Shown here one piece after another: positions 51,078 to 64,000 of a DNA stretch of 64,000 bases. How positions within the stretch are numbered: the first letter of the stretch is position 1; each line of letters opens with the position of its first letter. The DNA comes from Callorhinchus milii (taxonomy: Eukaryota). The stretch covers positions 15,996,001-16,060,000 of the forward strand of contig NW_024704745.1 of NCBI RefSeq assembly GCF_018977255.1, written 5' to 3'. The position numbers and the translations under genes are program-made. The notes beneath the pieces were generated by a model. That model was not told the origin of the DNA and did no database searches. It was given only the letters and a program-made list of their open reading frames with translations.

Positions 51078-51430
51078 TACCTTGGCTCAGTTGACAGCAC
51101 TCTCGCCTCAAAGTCAAAAGGATGTGGGTTCACAATCTGCAAATTAACTTTGGATTACATGTTAAAATGAGCCCACTGTCTGCCTTTTCAAGTGGACATT
51201 AAAGATTCCGTGGTACTACTTGAAAAAAGGAGTTTTTTCTGGTATCCTGGCTAATGATCCCCCAGATAAAATTGGTCATTCATTTCACGGCTGTTTGTGG
51301 GATATTGCTGTGTGCAAATTGGCTGTGATGTTTGCCTATAAATACACAGTCACTACACTTTACAGTAAAATCTTGTGGAGCATTTTGACAATTTGATGAA
51401 GTGCTATTTCAAATGTAAGGATTATTATTG
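51078..51430 (+). mobile_element. Old Deu-like SINE
   Basis: Same structure as 50040. Confidence 0.7.
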
Positions 51431-53959
51431 AAAAGTATTGACATGCGTTTAACAAAAACATAACAACAACTTGTATTTATATAGTGCCCTTCATGTATGA
51501 TAACTCTGGGATGCTTGACAGTGGGGTTGGACACTGAGCTAGAAGGGCAGAGAGTAGAAAGGTGATCATAAGTGAGATCCCAGAGGTAGGTTTTAAAGTG
51601 GGATCTGAAGATTACCTACTAAACCTTGTAATGTAGAAACACTGTGAGGCCAGTTAAAGAGACATCTAATGCCTTTCACGTCAGGAGCACGTCCCAAAGT
51701 GTTACACATCCACTTTATAATATTTCTTGTGAACAGTTGGAGAGACACAACAACAACAACTTGCACTTATACAGCGCCCTCCATGCATGGTAGCGTCTCA
51801 AAGTGCTTAAATGGAACCAGAGATGGAATCAGACTGCAATCTAAACACTTTAACAATTACAAAATACTGTAATAGGGGTCTCCATGAGTGTCAAAAAAGG
51901 AATATGTTCCAAAATTTCGGGGATAGGAATGTACACTAATTTGATAACCCAGGAGCAACACAGTGGGGTTCATGGTTAATGCTATGACTGAATAGTGTAT
52001 AACTTATTTCTGTTCACACCATATATTCCAATGAATGGGATGCGAGCAGAATACAGTCGCAGGATACAATAGCAAAATAAAATGTTCATATTCTCCCTCA
52101 CCTCTCTGACTGCTCCCATTCATCACCCGAATGGGTAGTATGTAAATTAATTTGAATGAATGGTTTATGCTCACTGTTCCGGCTCACACACAAAGGATGA
52201 ATACTTAGTCAACTTACTAGAAAAAGGTCTATGCTTACCATAGAAAAAATCTGTATTATCAGCTGCACCATGCAATGTAATCTCAATGGAGATGACAGTC
52301 TTGGCCTATTAAGGTGTCTACTTATCAGTAGTATTTTCATAATGTTAGAATAATAAGTCTTGAGCCTGGATGAGTAAACCCAGTCCAGAGCAACTAGATG
52401 GATCAAAATACCATTATCTTGATAACTGACAGTTGATTTCCCATTGTTTTACTGAATTACATTGAGTGGTTGAGAACTGAACAGAGGAATGCAAAGGTTA
52501 TGCGGAAAGTTAAATGCAAATGCAAACCTAAATGCAAACTACGCATTTAAATGCAAACTACGGATATATATTTTGATTAAATTGAATGTGTGTCTTTCAC
52601 GTCAGTAAGACATCCTGAAGTGCTTTCAGGATATACTGTAAATTGTAGTAAGTATCTATTTTACAGGTGAACGCGGCAATATAGGAGAGTAGTGACAGAA
52701 ATGCAGTGCGTTAAATACAGTATAGGAGCATAGTGAAAGAAAAGCTTGCAAAAGGTTTCGCAACAAGCTGGATCTTGAGAAATGTGGGAGAAGTAGAGAG
52801 TTCAATTGCAAAAGTGGCAGTTGCGGCCTGTGGTTTGATCGTTTTTATTTGAATTTAATAACATAAATTCAATTACTATTCAGAACATCTGAAAGAGTAA
52901 AATAGGTTGACGTTTTGGGTAAGATCTTTTTTCCAGTGTTCAAATGATAACAACAACAACAACAAGATTACATTTGTATAGCACCTTTCACGTCAGGAGG
53001 ACGTCCCAAGGCACAGGATAGTGTACAGCATTTCAGACCCGAGCTGGGGTCAGGGAGGGAGAAGCGAGGGGAGGGGAAGGGGGGTGACCGATGGCATGGT
53101 CGAAGAGGAGGGTTTTGAGGCGGGACTTGAAGGATAAGCTAATGAGTTATGGAGCCCCTAGTAAGTGTCCTATATCTTTACACTGGGTAACTGGGCATTC
53201 CCTCAAGTGCAACTGTATCACAAAATATACAATATAATGTAATACAAAATTACGTTCATATAGCGCCTTCGCCTTTCATGTCGGGAGGATGTCCCACGAT
53301 CCTGGACCCTAGACGTCTGGACCCTAGTGGGGGTGGGGGGGGGGGGGGTCGGGATTGGTAATATCCTCAAACAATGGCTGCAACCTAAGGTCACGATTTT
53401 ATATCTTTGTCTGGCTTCAGCATTATCGAATGTCCTTTATAATCCACTTATATGTGGTTACCAAATTTCAGCTGCGCACAGTTTTTCCTCTCTCAAGCGT
53501 AGTTGCGGGTGTACTGCTTTCTTGCAGGTACAATCGACAAGCTCAAACCTGCCCAAATCTACTGCAATCAATTATAAGAAGCAAAATTATTTATTTGGAA
53601 GAATTATCTTTTTGGAAAACTTAAATAACAGTTTCAGCAAGAGCTGACTCACCAACCTTAGAATTTCTTTTGAAAACCTGATAAAAGCTCCCAATTAAAC
53701 ATAGGAAGGAAGCCACATTAAATAAATTGTGAATTACTGGAGACAACAATTGTTCCCACTCAGCTCCTGTTAACTCTGCAAGCCATAGCTTTAACAGTTA
53801 GAACCTGTACAAGCAGTGAGAAGCTTACCAGGCAATACTCTCAATAGCAAGCAATGTAGTTTTACTCTGGGAGTAACTGAACACATAGTTTGGGGTCCCC
53901 AACCTGAACCTAATACTTTCTGGAATTAGATAAACAGGGAAAGAGTGCATTCTCCTAAG

Positions 53960-54305
53960 TGTGACTTCCTAACCCTCTACCATCCTGCCCGCTCCCTCCA
54001 CTCAGTGGGCCACAGCCTATTTCATGCCCCCTGTCTCGCCCGACCCACCACTGGTGGGCAGGACTTTCTGCCACTCTGCCCCCACTCTCTGGAACTCCAT
54101 CCCAGAGTCCCTCCCCCTCGCCCCCTTCCTTGCCTCTTTCAAGACCTATCTCAATACCCTCCTCTTCGACCGTGCTTTCGATCACCCTGCTTCCCCTCCT
54201 GCACTCCACCCTCCCCAATCCTAGGTCCAAAACACTGACTGTCCAGTGCCTTGGGACGTCCTCCTGACATGAAAGGCGCTATACAAATGTGATGTTGTTG
54301 TTGTT
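53960..54305 (+). mobile_element. L2 LINE 3' fragment
   Basis: FCHSAPTLWNS coding remnant, 3' UTR and (TTG)n tail. Confidence 0.8.
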
Positions 54306-55687
54306 GCACTGATTCCAAACCCAGAAAAATCTGCTTATTATACATGCATACACGCAACTCTCAATCTGGTTTGGATAGTTTTAAAATAAAAATAACATGT
54401 CAATCTGGAACTATTAATTAACAGAGCATCTCTGAGAACTGGAGTTACAACCACAGAAACTTATGATGCAGTTGGAGGTCATTTGACTCACTGTATTAGT
54501 ACTGGTGCTAGGAAATAATACTAAAAATGGTTAATTTTCAGATGTATCCTGAGTCATCATATCATGTGGTGTGTTTGTACTATTAATTGACAGCATCATC
54601 TGGTTAAAATCAACCAAGAGAGAGAATTTATTTGTTACTGTCCAAATGAATTCTATTTTGTAACGAAAGCCTGATGGATTTGTTCTGGATGTAAGGACAG
54701 CTGTGATTAAGTGATACTGGTTTCTTTGATCAAGTATTATGATGAACTGATTGTTTTGGATGGATTTTCTTTTATAGCAAAGCACTTTTCTTTTTATAGT
54801 AAATCACTGCAAAAACAGAGTTCAACTTGGGTTTCAGGGGCAGTGACCAATGCTGCTATCCCGAGCAGTAAAAATACAGTAAGAATTAATTCTTTCCTCT
54901 GTTTAGAATAGTCCCTTCAAATTGGGGATTCGTTAGATCAAAATAACAAGTCACATTTTTGGCACTTTAAAGACATGCATAGTAAAAGCTGCATAGTAAC
55001 TGGTATTCAGCCCCGATTAGAACTTAGAAATTTATGGCACAGAAGAAGGCCATTTAGCCCATCTTGTCCTTTAAGAACAATCCTTTCGATCATCTGCCCT
55101 TTCCTCATAAGAAAAGTTCTTCACATGAGGAAGAGGGGAATAGAAGGGTATAGGAGGGAGTAAAGAATGGGTGCAGTATAAACACCAGCACAGACTGGTA
55201 AGACCGAGTGGTCTGTTTCTCAGCTGTATATTCCTTTTAAATCTATTATCAGAAGCTATGATGCATTGCTCCCAGTAACATAAACTAGACATTAAAGTCT
55301 CATAAGTATTTTCAAATGCCAACCATCAAAATCTGCACTTATGTAGCATCTTTTACATACAAAAGCTTCTCAAAATGCTTCATTGAGACAGAATGGAAAC
55401 ATAAACAGTGTGGAAGGGAGTCGCAAGGATATGACCGAAGATGCAGCCAAATAGATAGTGTTTTAGAAGAGTTTTGAAAACAGAGAGTGTAAGGATGTGG
55501 GGTGGAGGGAACTTGGTAGACATTTCTAGAGAGTGGGGCAAAGTAGCAGAACATTTGTTTGCCTATGGTGAGACACAGTGGGCACAGAATGCAGTTATGC
55601 TATTTATTTACTTTCTGAATCTTTGGATCTTCAGGTCATCTGTTCTCGGTCAGAACATCTGTCGTCAGTCAGAATATCTGTGACCAT

Positions 55688-55835
55688 NNNNNNNNNNNNN
55701 NNNNNNNNNNNNNNNNNNNNNNNNNNNNNNNNNNNNNNNNNNNNNNNNNNNNNNNNNNNNNNNNNNNNNNNNNNNNNNNNNNNNNNNNNNNNNNNNNNNN
55801 NNNNNNNNNNNNNNNNNNNNNNNNNNNNNNNNNNN
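55688..55835. other. Assembly gap
   Basis: Run of N. Confidence 1.
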
Positions 55836-57510
55836 ATGTAATCTGAAGTGATCATCTTTGGTAGTGGAAGCTGAACTGCCAGTAACTTTACTGGAAATTG
55901 CACAGCAATTTGCCAATGAGGATATCATTTGCTACAATAAAACGAAAAGCTGTGCAGTTTATGGTATCTGTTCCAACAATTGCATATTGAGGTGTCAGCC
56001 TGGCATCGTTGGTAGCATTCTCGCCTCTGAGCCAGAAGGCTATGGTTTCAAGCCAAAATTGTGACGTTGGTCACAATGTCTCGACTGACATTCCATTGCA
56101 CTGATAGGCAGAACTGCATTGTCATAAATGCCATCATTTCAAATAGGACGTTAATTTGGTAGACGTCTCATTTGAAATAGAAGAGTATGGAAGGGAGTAA
56201 GGAATGGGTGCAGTATAAACACCAGCACTGACTAGTTGAGCCGAGTGGCCTGTTCCGTGCTGATATTCTGTTGCCAAGCATGCCACCTTTGAGCCAATTC
56301 TGCTTCAAGGAGACCCCACTTACCTCCTCCGTAAAGAGAATAGTCATTAGTTGGTCATTTGATACATTCTACTTAATAACTTGATATTAAATATTCATCC
56401 TACATACTTCAGCTTCTGTTTTGATTAGCTGTAAATTTATTTCATCCACATACTGAGTACTGTGCAGAGGTAGTACTAGTGCAAATTTGGGCTACTTGAA
56501 ATACTTGTATAATTGTGTTTGGATAACTAGGTGTTTGATCCACGAGGAAGCCCGTCACCACGCTTAAGGACACCCAAAGCAAATTACTATAAAATAGTTA
56601 TACTATCATATTAATACTAATTGGACTCCACAGATTATTTGGTTAATATAATCCTAGGAGATAGATGAAAAATGAACAGACTTACCTAACAATAACAGAA
56701 GGTTGAACAATGAACAGATTGACATTTACACTAATGTCAACTGGGTACTGGAATATATACTATGAACTATATTCACCTTCAAAAAGTGCACAGGGGAGGA
56801 TTTAATGTTTTCAAAGAAATACTTATGAAGTAAGTTGCCAGTTATATATATATATATATATAATTGTGGTTTTAAGATAGCACAGCATTATATCTTTCTG
56901 GTCATTACACAACCGTTTGCCAGAGGATGTACTTTGCAAGATCAGAACCAAAGACTGTGGTTTAGAAGATTTGTTAATCAAATTGCATAGGAATTATGCA
57001 ACAATCACCACATGGAGATGATAGTTAGATAATAGTCTCTTCATTGCAAAATGTTACAGATGGGCTGTAACATATATTTATTAAGAGTTCCTGATTATTA
57101 CGTTAGTTATCTTACAATACTAAAAACAAACTGTAAACATTAAATGTAGAAAATTTTCATTTAGTAAATTCAATGCCAATACTTTGTTTTTCCTGATTAG
57201 ACATATAGTTTGCAATTTATTTTTGGCAGCCGGATGTCTGACACATGCAGAAATCTACCACCATGCCCAATAGTAACCAAACCAATCTGAGAATTCCATG
57301 CATCCCACATACACATGGAAATCCCAGTGATAGATTGTTGCAATGGAGTGCGCACTCTCTCCCTGGAGGGATGCAACTGCTGACCTAATTCCGGAAAGTA
57401 TTAGTCGCAGGTTGGCAAAAGCGGATCCCAGAGTATGCTTGGCATCTAACCAGCTAAAACTGGATAGCTTGCATAGATATCACTGTCTAGCAAGCTTTCC
57501 TGCTGCTTAT

Positions 57511-57836
57511 GGAGTCGTGTAACTCAATGGTTAGAGCACTCGCCTCGCAAGCAAGAGACCTGGGTTCGATTCCCAGCAGGGTGAAACCTTGGGCAAGTTT
57601 CCTTACTCCACTCATCTGACAATAATCCCTCAAGAAAAAAAACCACAATAATAATTTGGTCACTCAATGCATGACTGTTTGTGGGACACTGCTGCGCGCA
57701 ATTGGCTGCCGCATTTCGCCCACAAATATACAGTCAATTCACTTTACAATATTTTGTGAAGGGCTTTGAGATGCCTTGAAGACGTGAAAAGCGCTTTATA
57801 TCAAACGCAAGGATTATTATTATTATTATTTATTAT
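57511..57836 (+). mobile_element. Full-length tRNA-derived SINE
   Basis: Head with GGTTCGATTCC B box; (TTA)n tail. Confidence 0.88.
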
Positions 57837-59370
57837 TGTCCAGTTGGGTCCACCCTACCCATTAAGGCTTTGGATTGCAGGATAAACAGGAGCTGAAGGG
57901 GATGATTCCCTGCACCCAATGACTAGTCTGCCCTTCCAAATCCTGCCGATGAGCCAGGCTGGATGTGCTGTCATAAGCAGTGCCCTAGAATACTAGAGTA
58001 ATGCGGACCCTGCTGGCTCAGGAATTGGACTAGTGAGACCATTCCCTTACCAAGCATGTCACCTTGGAGCCAGTTCAACTCCACGGAGATCGTGCTTACT
58101 GCTTGCAATGATTGTTGGATCTATACTGCCTCATCCACATCAACCAACCAATGTTGTGTTTATTGATTTCTGTTAGGCTTTTGACCTAGTGTCTTATGAA
58201 ACCTCCATGATAAAACTGGCAACTATGGGAATACATAGAAACATGTTGACTTTCAGTCAGAATGTATTTTCTAACTGCAATATCCTCGGAGGGTTGAGGG
58301 TGGTGGTGATGGTTGGGGGAGTGGGTCGTAGGGCAAAGCCATCCACTGTCACCAACCTTATTTGATTTATCAATTATTGATATATTGGTTAGCATTGAGT
58401 GGGATGGACTTGAATGTATCAGTTTGGATTCCCTGAAGCACACATGAGTCAGATGCCTGATAGATCAAAAAAAAATTATTGTTTGTAATATTAGTGCTCT
58501 AGTTGGACCTGTACTGTCTCATCAATCAGTCCGATACTGCCTCAGATCTGATTATTTTAATAGATGCTGATCAGAAATGTTTCTTTTCTGTGAAATGCTA
58601 GTGTGACTCGTAGATTATTGTAGTGCTTTTGCATAAATAGCTTATGGTAAAATAATTATTTTTGCATCTCATATAGTGCCTTATTATACTGAAGTGTTTC
58701 AAAGGGCTGCATTTTATAGTAAAGCATTGTGACTGTATTTGTAGGCAAACCGACAGCCAATAGTGGGTAGAAATGTCCCACAAACAGCCATTAAGTGAAT
58801 AACCAATATTATTTGAGGATTTGTCAGCCAAGACTCAAGGAGAAACTCCCTTCTCTTTTCGAATACTGCCAAGGGATTTTTAAAATCCACGCTGAACAGA
58901 CAAACAGGACCTCAATTAAATGTCTCGTCCTAAGGATGGCACCTCTGACAACGAGGCACTAATCTTTTAGACTAAAGTTTGGCTTATGATGGAGAAGAAC
59001 AAAAATTCAATTTCTTTAACACATCATTAAAAAGGAGGGATATAAAGGAAAAGTTGAATGCTGTACTTTAATATATCACAGATAATACACACATAAGTGA
59101 ATATGAACTACTGGAGAACAAGCTCAAGGAAACCATTGTGGCAACAAAGGAAATAATGTGGGAGATAAGGGTGAAACTCAGAAATCTAGAGGAATGAAGG
59201 ACAGAGATGTATATCAGAATAAGATTAAGGTGGTTATGAAACTGGTTGGGAAGCTAAAATATTAAATTAAGATTTCAATTAATATGAAATATGTTTTTTT
59301 TATAAATATACTTGTAGCAAACAGATAGTAATGCAAACAGTATAACACCAAAATGACCAAAGGGTAATGA

Positions 59371-59843
59371 TAAATAATAATCATCCTTTCATTTGATATA
59401 GCGCCTTATCACGTTGTTGAGACGTCTCAAAGCACTTCACAGAATATACTGTAAAGTGGATTGACTTTGTATTTTGTAGGTGAAAGGCTGCAGCCAATTG
59501 TGTACTGCAGTCTCCCAAAAGCATTGAATAACCAAATCATTATTATTTTGTGACCAAAATTGGATTGACAACAACAACAACAACAACAAAATTACATTTA
59601 TAGAGCGGCTTTCATGGCGGGAGGACATCCCAAGGCGCTGAGTGACCAAATTACAAAAAAAAATGTAAGTGATTATTACCACCGGAAAGTGATCTGCTAA
59701 TCGAGTAACAACCAGGTTCCTATTTATTGCTAGGTAAATGGAAGCATGTGGAAAAAGGAAACTTGCCTCATTCTGGAATCGAACCTTAGTCCTCTCACTT
59801 GCAAGGCGAGTGCTCCAAATAAACCAATATGCTACGGGATTCC
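59371..59843 (-). mobile_element. tRNA-derived SINE interrupted by a short L2 tail (~59568-59640)
   Basis: SINE tail at left, head at right, (CAA)n L2 tail in the middle. Confidence 0.72.
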
Positions 59844-60737
59844 ACATGTTAACCAATATCAAGCAACCAAAGGACAGTTGATAGATTAGACAATTCATTT
59901 GCACCCATGTTTATAAAACTTCTTTCCAATGATGAAGGTAGAAATTAAAATGGTAGAATGATAGAAATACCAAGAGGTGACAGATACATTGAAGGTATTA
60001 AAAGAATACAAGACACCTAGTCTTGTGCACAAAGTGTCCATTGAAATAGGTCATATTTTGGCGGTTATCGTGAGAGAATCAATAGATCAAGTGTGCCTGA
60101 CATCATCAATGGATAAAAGATTAAAAGCATTCATAAAGAACCATGAGAACTATGAAGCAATAAGGGGGTATTTGTATTCACTATGGCAGAGAACTCATGC
60201 CTGACAAATCTATGTGACATCTTCAAGGAAATAATTAACCTGGTAGTCAAAGGAAACTCAATACATGTTGTATGATTTGATTATACTAAAACTTCTAATA
60301 ATCAATAGTCTGTGTTAGAGTGATAGAAAAATCAGGATAGGAGGCTCTAGAGCTAAGTCTAGGGTGACCCTGTTATAAAACGACAGCACGTGTCCTCTTA
60401 TAACTCGGGTGTTCTACGGACCTACAGTTACCGGATGTGCAGTAAATTTCTAGCTTACTGCCCAGCTTCCTGCGCATATGCCTTGTCAATGTTACTCGTT
60501 TCACTGTCAAACTCAAGAAGCCAGTTAGGCTGCATCAGAAACTGGAAATGATAACTGTGGAGACCTGACAACTGTGAAATGGGCCTGGGAGCCATTTGTT
60601 GTTGGCAGACCTGTTTTAACACGGTGTCTCACCTTTTGTCATCACAATATGATTTGGTCGCCTTGTACTCAGTTTCCACTTCCTGTTTCTGTGCCTTTTT
60701 TACATTCGTCCCGTTTATCCAACTCTTTTTAAATGCT

Positions 60738-60975
60738 GACACAAAAACAGAAGTCGCTGGAAACACTCAGTAGGTCAGGCAGCATCCATGGAGAAAGGAA
60801 AGTGAGTCAACGTTTCGGGTCCATGAACCTTCGCCAGAACTGGGGCATGTTGGGAGGGAGAGGCTTTTAAGGACTAACAGAGAGAGCGGGGAGGCAGGGC
60901 AAGGAAGACAAAGGAGAAAATGGTCTTCTGTTTTTGTTCCAGATTTCCAGCATCTGCAGTATTTTGCGTTTTGTT
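60738..60975. mobile_element. Penelope-like terminal-repeat remnant
   Basis: GCTGGAAACACTCAGTAGGTCAGGCAGCATC..., with imperfect inverted end TTTCCAGCATCTGCAGT; contains a hammerhead-like motif. Family assignment is from recall. Confidence 0.55.
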
Positions 60976-62525
60976 TTCTTTTTAAATGCTGTTGTGGTTA
61001 CAGCCTTAATGCTTCCCTGTGGCAAAGCATTCCATGTTCTAATAATCATTTGACCAAAAAGTTCATCCCATGACAATCCTGAGTTTATGGTATTTGTCAA
61101 CTATTTATGAGCAGGCGGAATAAGTTTTCACTGCTGTATCTGTCCTCTAGTATTATCCATGTGCACCTATGTCATAACCTTTCCTTGGCTCTGATGTTCT
61201 TCCTACAATATAATAGAGTGCCCAACCTGGACACAATACTCCACCTTCAGTCTAACCAATGTGTTCTATACAATTAGCATTTTTTTTTATATTCAGTGCC
61301 TGTGTATTTAAAACCTAGACTTCAATTTGCTTTGTTGATAACAACAATTTTATATTTTCATAGCACCTTTCTACACGTTCTCCAATGTGTAAGGGTCTAG
61401 ATTTTCCACATCTAGATCCTGAACTCCCTGTTTCTCAACATCATTGTGAAGTATGCCATTTATGGCCCAATATTTCAATGAGTTTTAGCCTGCATTTTGT
61501 CTTAACGTTTAAGATGTTCCAGAGTTGTTGTAAATTTTTAATTCAGCCCCAAATTGAAATCTGCTTTGTTTTAAGAACTATGAAAAACCCACTTCCAAGT
61601 AAAGACTGAATAATAGAATAATCATTCCATGATTCTGCAGTCTTTAATTTCAAGACAAAATGGTCTCGCAGGCTAAGACTGGAATTTTGTTGCCTGTTGT
61701 GTTTACTTTCTTCCTTTGTTCTTTTTCTAAAATGTATGCTTTCACATTTCGCAACATTAAACTACATCTGCAACCTATTATCTAAGCGGCCTTAGACATC
61801 TGCAGTTTCCTGTAATCTTCCTCATAGTTTGCCGTACCCCCTAATTTGGTATCAGCAAATTTAGAAATGGATCCCTCTATATTAATTATCAGAGATGGTA
61901 AACCATAGAAGCCTGAGCACAGATACCTAGACACACCATTAACTGCATTGAGGTACGCCAAGCAACATTCCTTTGTTACTATTCTCTTTGAGACATTCTT
62001 CTATCTATGCCACCAACTTCTCGTCAGTGCTCGTGTGCCTGAATTTTCTCAATGGTCTTGTTTGAAATACTGTACAGTGTCCAGCTGTCCAGCGCCTTGG
62101 GACGTCCTCCCGACATGAAAGGCGCTATACAAATGTAATCTTGTTGTTGTTTGACATCTTCTGAAAAGCCTCCTGAAAATCCATGTATACATATTAAAGC
62201 ACTTAAAGCAACTTGGCAGTCGGGCATTCAGCATTTCTGCCCCCACACTCTGGAACTCTATCCCGCAAATCCTCCACTTCTGCAGCTTCCTTCAAGTCCT
62301 TCATCTTTGACTGTGCCTTCGGCCACCCTCCCACCGATCCTCAAATCCTAGTTCAGGCCCAAAACAGGCGGCCAGTGAAAAGGCTATAATTTTAGACATT
62401 AAAAAGTGTGGTGCTATCATTTGCTTCCTCCTCTCAATTTGTCTTTACCTATGGTACCATATTCCCTCGCTTTTCACTGTGACAACCAAAGCATTTAGTA
62501 GTTCTGACAAGTTCTTATTATCTAT

Positions 62526-63245
62526 CAACAACAACAGCAGCAACATGGATTTATATAGCGCCCTCCATGCTGGACGGCGTCTCAAAGCGCTTTACAGTAA
62601 CGGATCCCGGGACCGAGCCAGGGGGAGAGGGAGGAAGGTGACCAAAGGCACGGTCGAAAAGAAAGGTCTTCAGCAGAGACCTGAAAATGGGAAGGGAGGG
62701 AGCGAGATGAAGGAAGTGAGGAAGGCAGTTCCAGAGCCTCAGGGCATAGTGGTTGAAGGCACGGCTGCCGAGGGTGGAGCGGAGGATTGGGGGACGAGGA
62801 TGAGGCCAAACCTGGAGGAATGAAGGCAACGGGTACTGTTTTGAGGAGAGAGGAGGTCAGAGAGATAGGGGGGTACAGAAGAGTGCAGGGAGTTGAATAC
62901 AAGGGTGAGGATCTTGAAGTCGATCCTCTCTGGGACAGGCAGCCAGTGCAGTCTGGCAAGGACTGGGGTGATCGGGGAGCGGAGTTTCGTATGGGTGAGA
63001 ATGCAGGAGGCAGAGTTTTGAATGATTTGGATTTTATGGATGGTAGTGGATGGGAGACAGGTGAGGAGGGCATTAGAGTAGTCCAGCCGAGAGGTGACAA
63101 AGGCATGGACCAGGTTTTCAGTGGCTTTTGGGGAGAGGTATTGGTGGAGATGGGTGATGCGTCGGAGGTAGAAGAAGGTGGTGCTGGTGAGGGACCGGAT
63201 GTGGGGGAGGAAGGATAATTGGGGGTCGAACCTGACACCTAGGCT
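62526..63245 (-). mobile_element. L2 LINE 3' fragment (second, more diverged family)
   Basis: LGSRAFNHYALRLWN and LKTFLF C-terminal motifs; (CAA/CAG)n tail at left. Confidence 0.8.
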
Positions 63246-63744
63246 GAGTGGTCATGATCTAACCCATTACAGTATTTAATAGGTTCACTCCTTTTACCAT
63301 TCTCTTTTTCTTGAAGTACTTATTGAAGAAGCCTGCTTGTTTATTTGAGTATCATTGAGCATATAAGATCAGCAAGTCTTCACAGTTTAATATGAACAAA
63401 CAAGCAGTAAATAATATATACAAGCGAGCAGTATATAATATATACTACATTGAGCATATATATATGATCACCGTAGTACAGTGGAAATAGTACATAATAT
63501 ATTTTTCCATTAATTCACATCAAATCAAAAATTCTCTTCTGGAAGTGGTTAAACCACCACAACCACAGTTCATATGTCTCAATGAACAGGATTTACCAAT
63601 ATGTAGAAATTCATTGTCGCAATTTCAATCTAAAATATCAGTTAAAATATATTAATTTGCTGACGATATTGTTGCGGTTTCCTTTGTAGTTTTTTGTGGT
63701 AAAGTGACTGCTCTGCTCACTGTTACTTCAAAGAATCATCCTCC

Positions 63745-64000
63745 GGACAAGGGACGTTAAGCCGAGGTCCTGTCTGCCTGTTCAGGTAGACCTTAAAGAT
63801 CCCATGGTACAATTCAAAAGGAGAAGGGAGTTTTCTCTCTGAGTGCTGGCCAACAATCCGACAAATAAAATTGGTCATTCACTACATAGCTGTTTGTTGG
63901 ACATTGCTGTGTGCAAATTTGCTGCTGTTGGCTCACCTACAAAATGAACAGTCATTACAGTTTGCAGTAAATCATGTGAAACACTCTGAAACATTCTCCT
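63745..64000 (+). mobile_element. Old Deu-like SINE body, cut by the window edge
   Basis: GACGTTAAGCCGAGGTCCTGTCTGCC...TGTGCAAATTTGCTGC core. Confidence 0.65.

Noticed and set aside
60360-60665. Possible hAT-type MITE (TAGGGTGACC ... GGTCGCCTTG)
   Set aside because: Terminal match is short and imperfect and no 8-bp target duplication could be seen.
49600-64000. Possible hidden gene in the right-hand 14 kb
   Set aside because: No ORF with recognisable non-transposon homology and no consistent exon chain; dominated by SINE, L2 and CR1 debris.

Overview
This is vertebrate genomic DNA, not prokaryotic. The tRNA-head/Deu-like SINEs and L2/CR1 content suggest a cartilaginous fish, most likely a holocephalan such as elephant shark (inference). 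Five genes were reconstructed exon by exon with consistent phases: BIVM (- strand, first coding exon only), head-to-head across a CpG island with POGLUT2/KDELC1 (+, 10 exons, 499 aa, ends IKDEL); TEX30 (+, 5 exons, 224 aa, one GC-AG intron); NEPRO/C3orf17 (+, 9 exons, about 548 aa); and SLC10A2/ASBT (-, 6 exons, about 399 aa), tail-to-tail with NEPRO. The last ~19 kb is repeat-rich with no recognisable gene. Most ORFs in the supplied track are SINE, LINE or low-complexity artefacts. Best observations: (1) a minor-spliceosome (U12-type) NEPRO intron that appears to start with TT; (2) a diverged copy of the POGLUT2 last-intron/KDEL-exon junction ~27 kb away, split by a SINE; (3) a perfect 26-bp-arm hairpin just upstream of POGLUT2 exon 2; (4) gene order that differs from human 13q33; (5) a degenerate Penelope-type hammerhead ribozyme; (6) two copies of one old repeat interrupted at nearly the same site. 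Protein identities come from recalled human orthologue sequences; no database search was run. Repeat boundaries are approximate.
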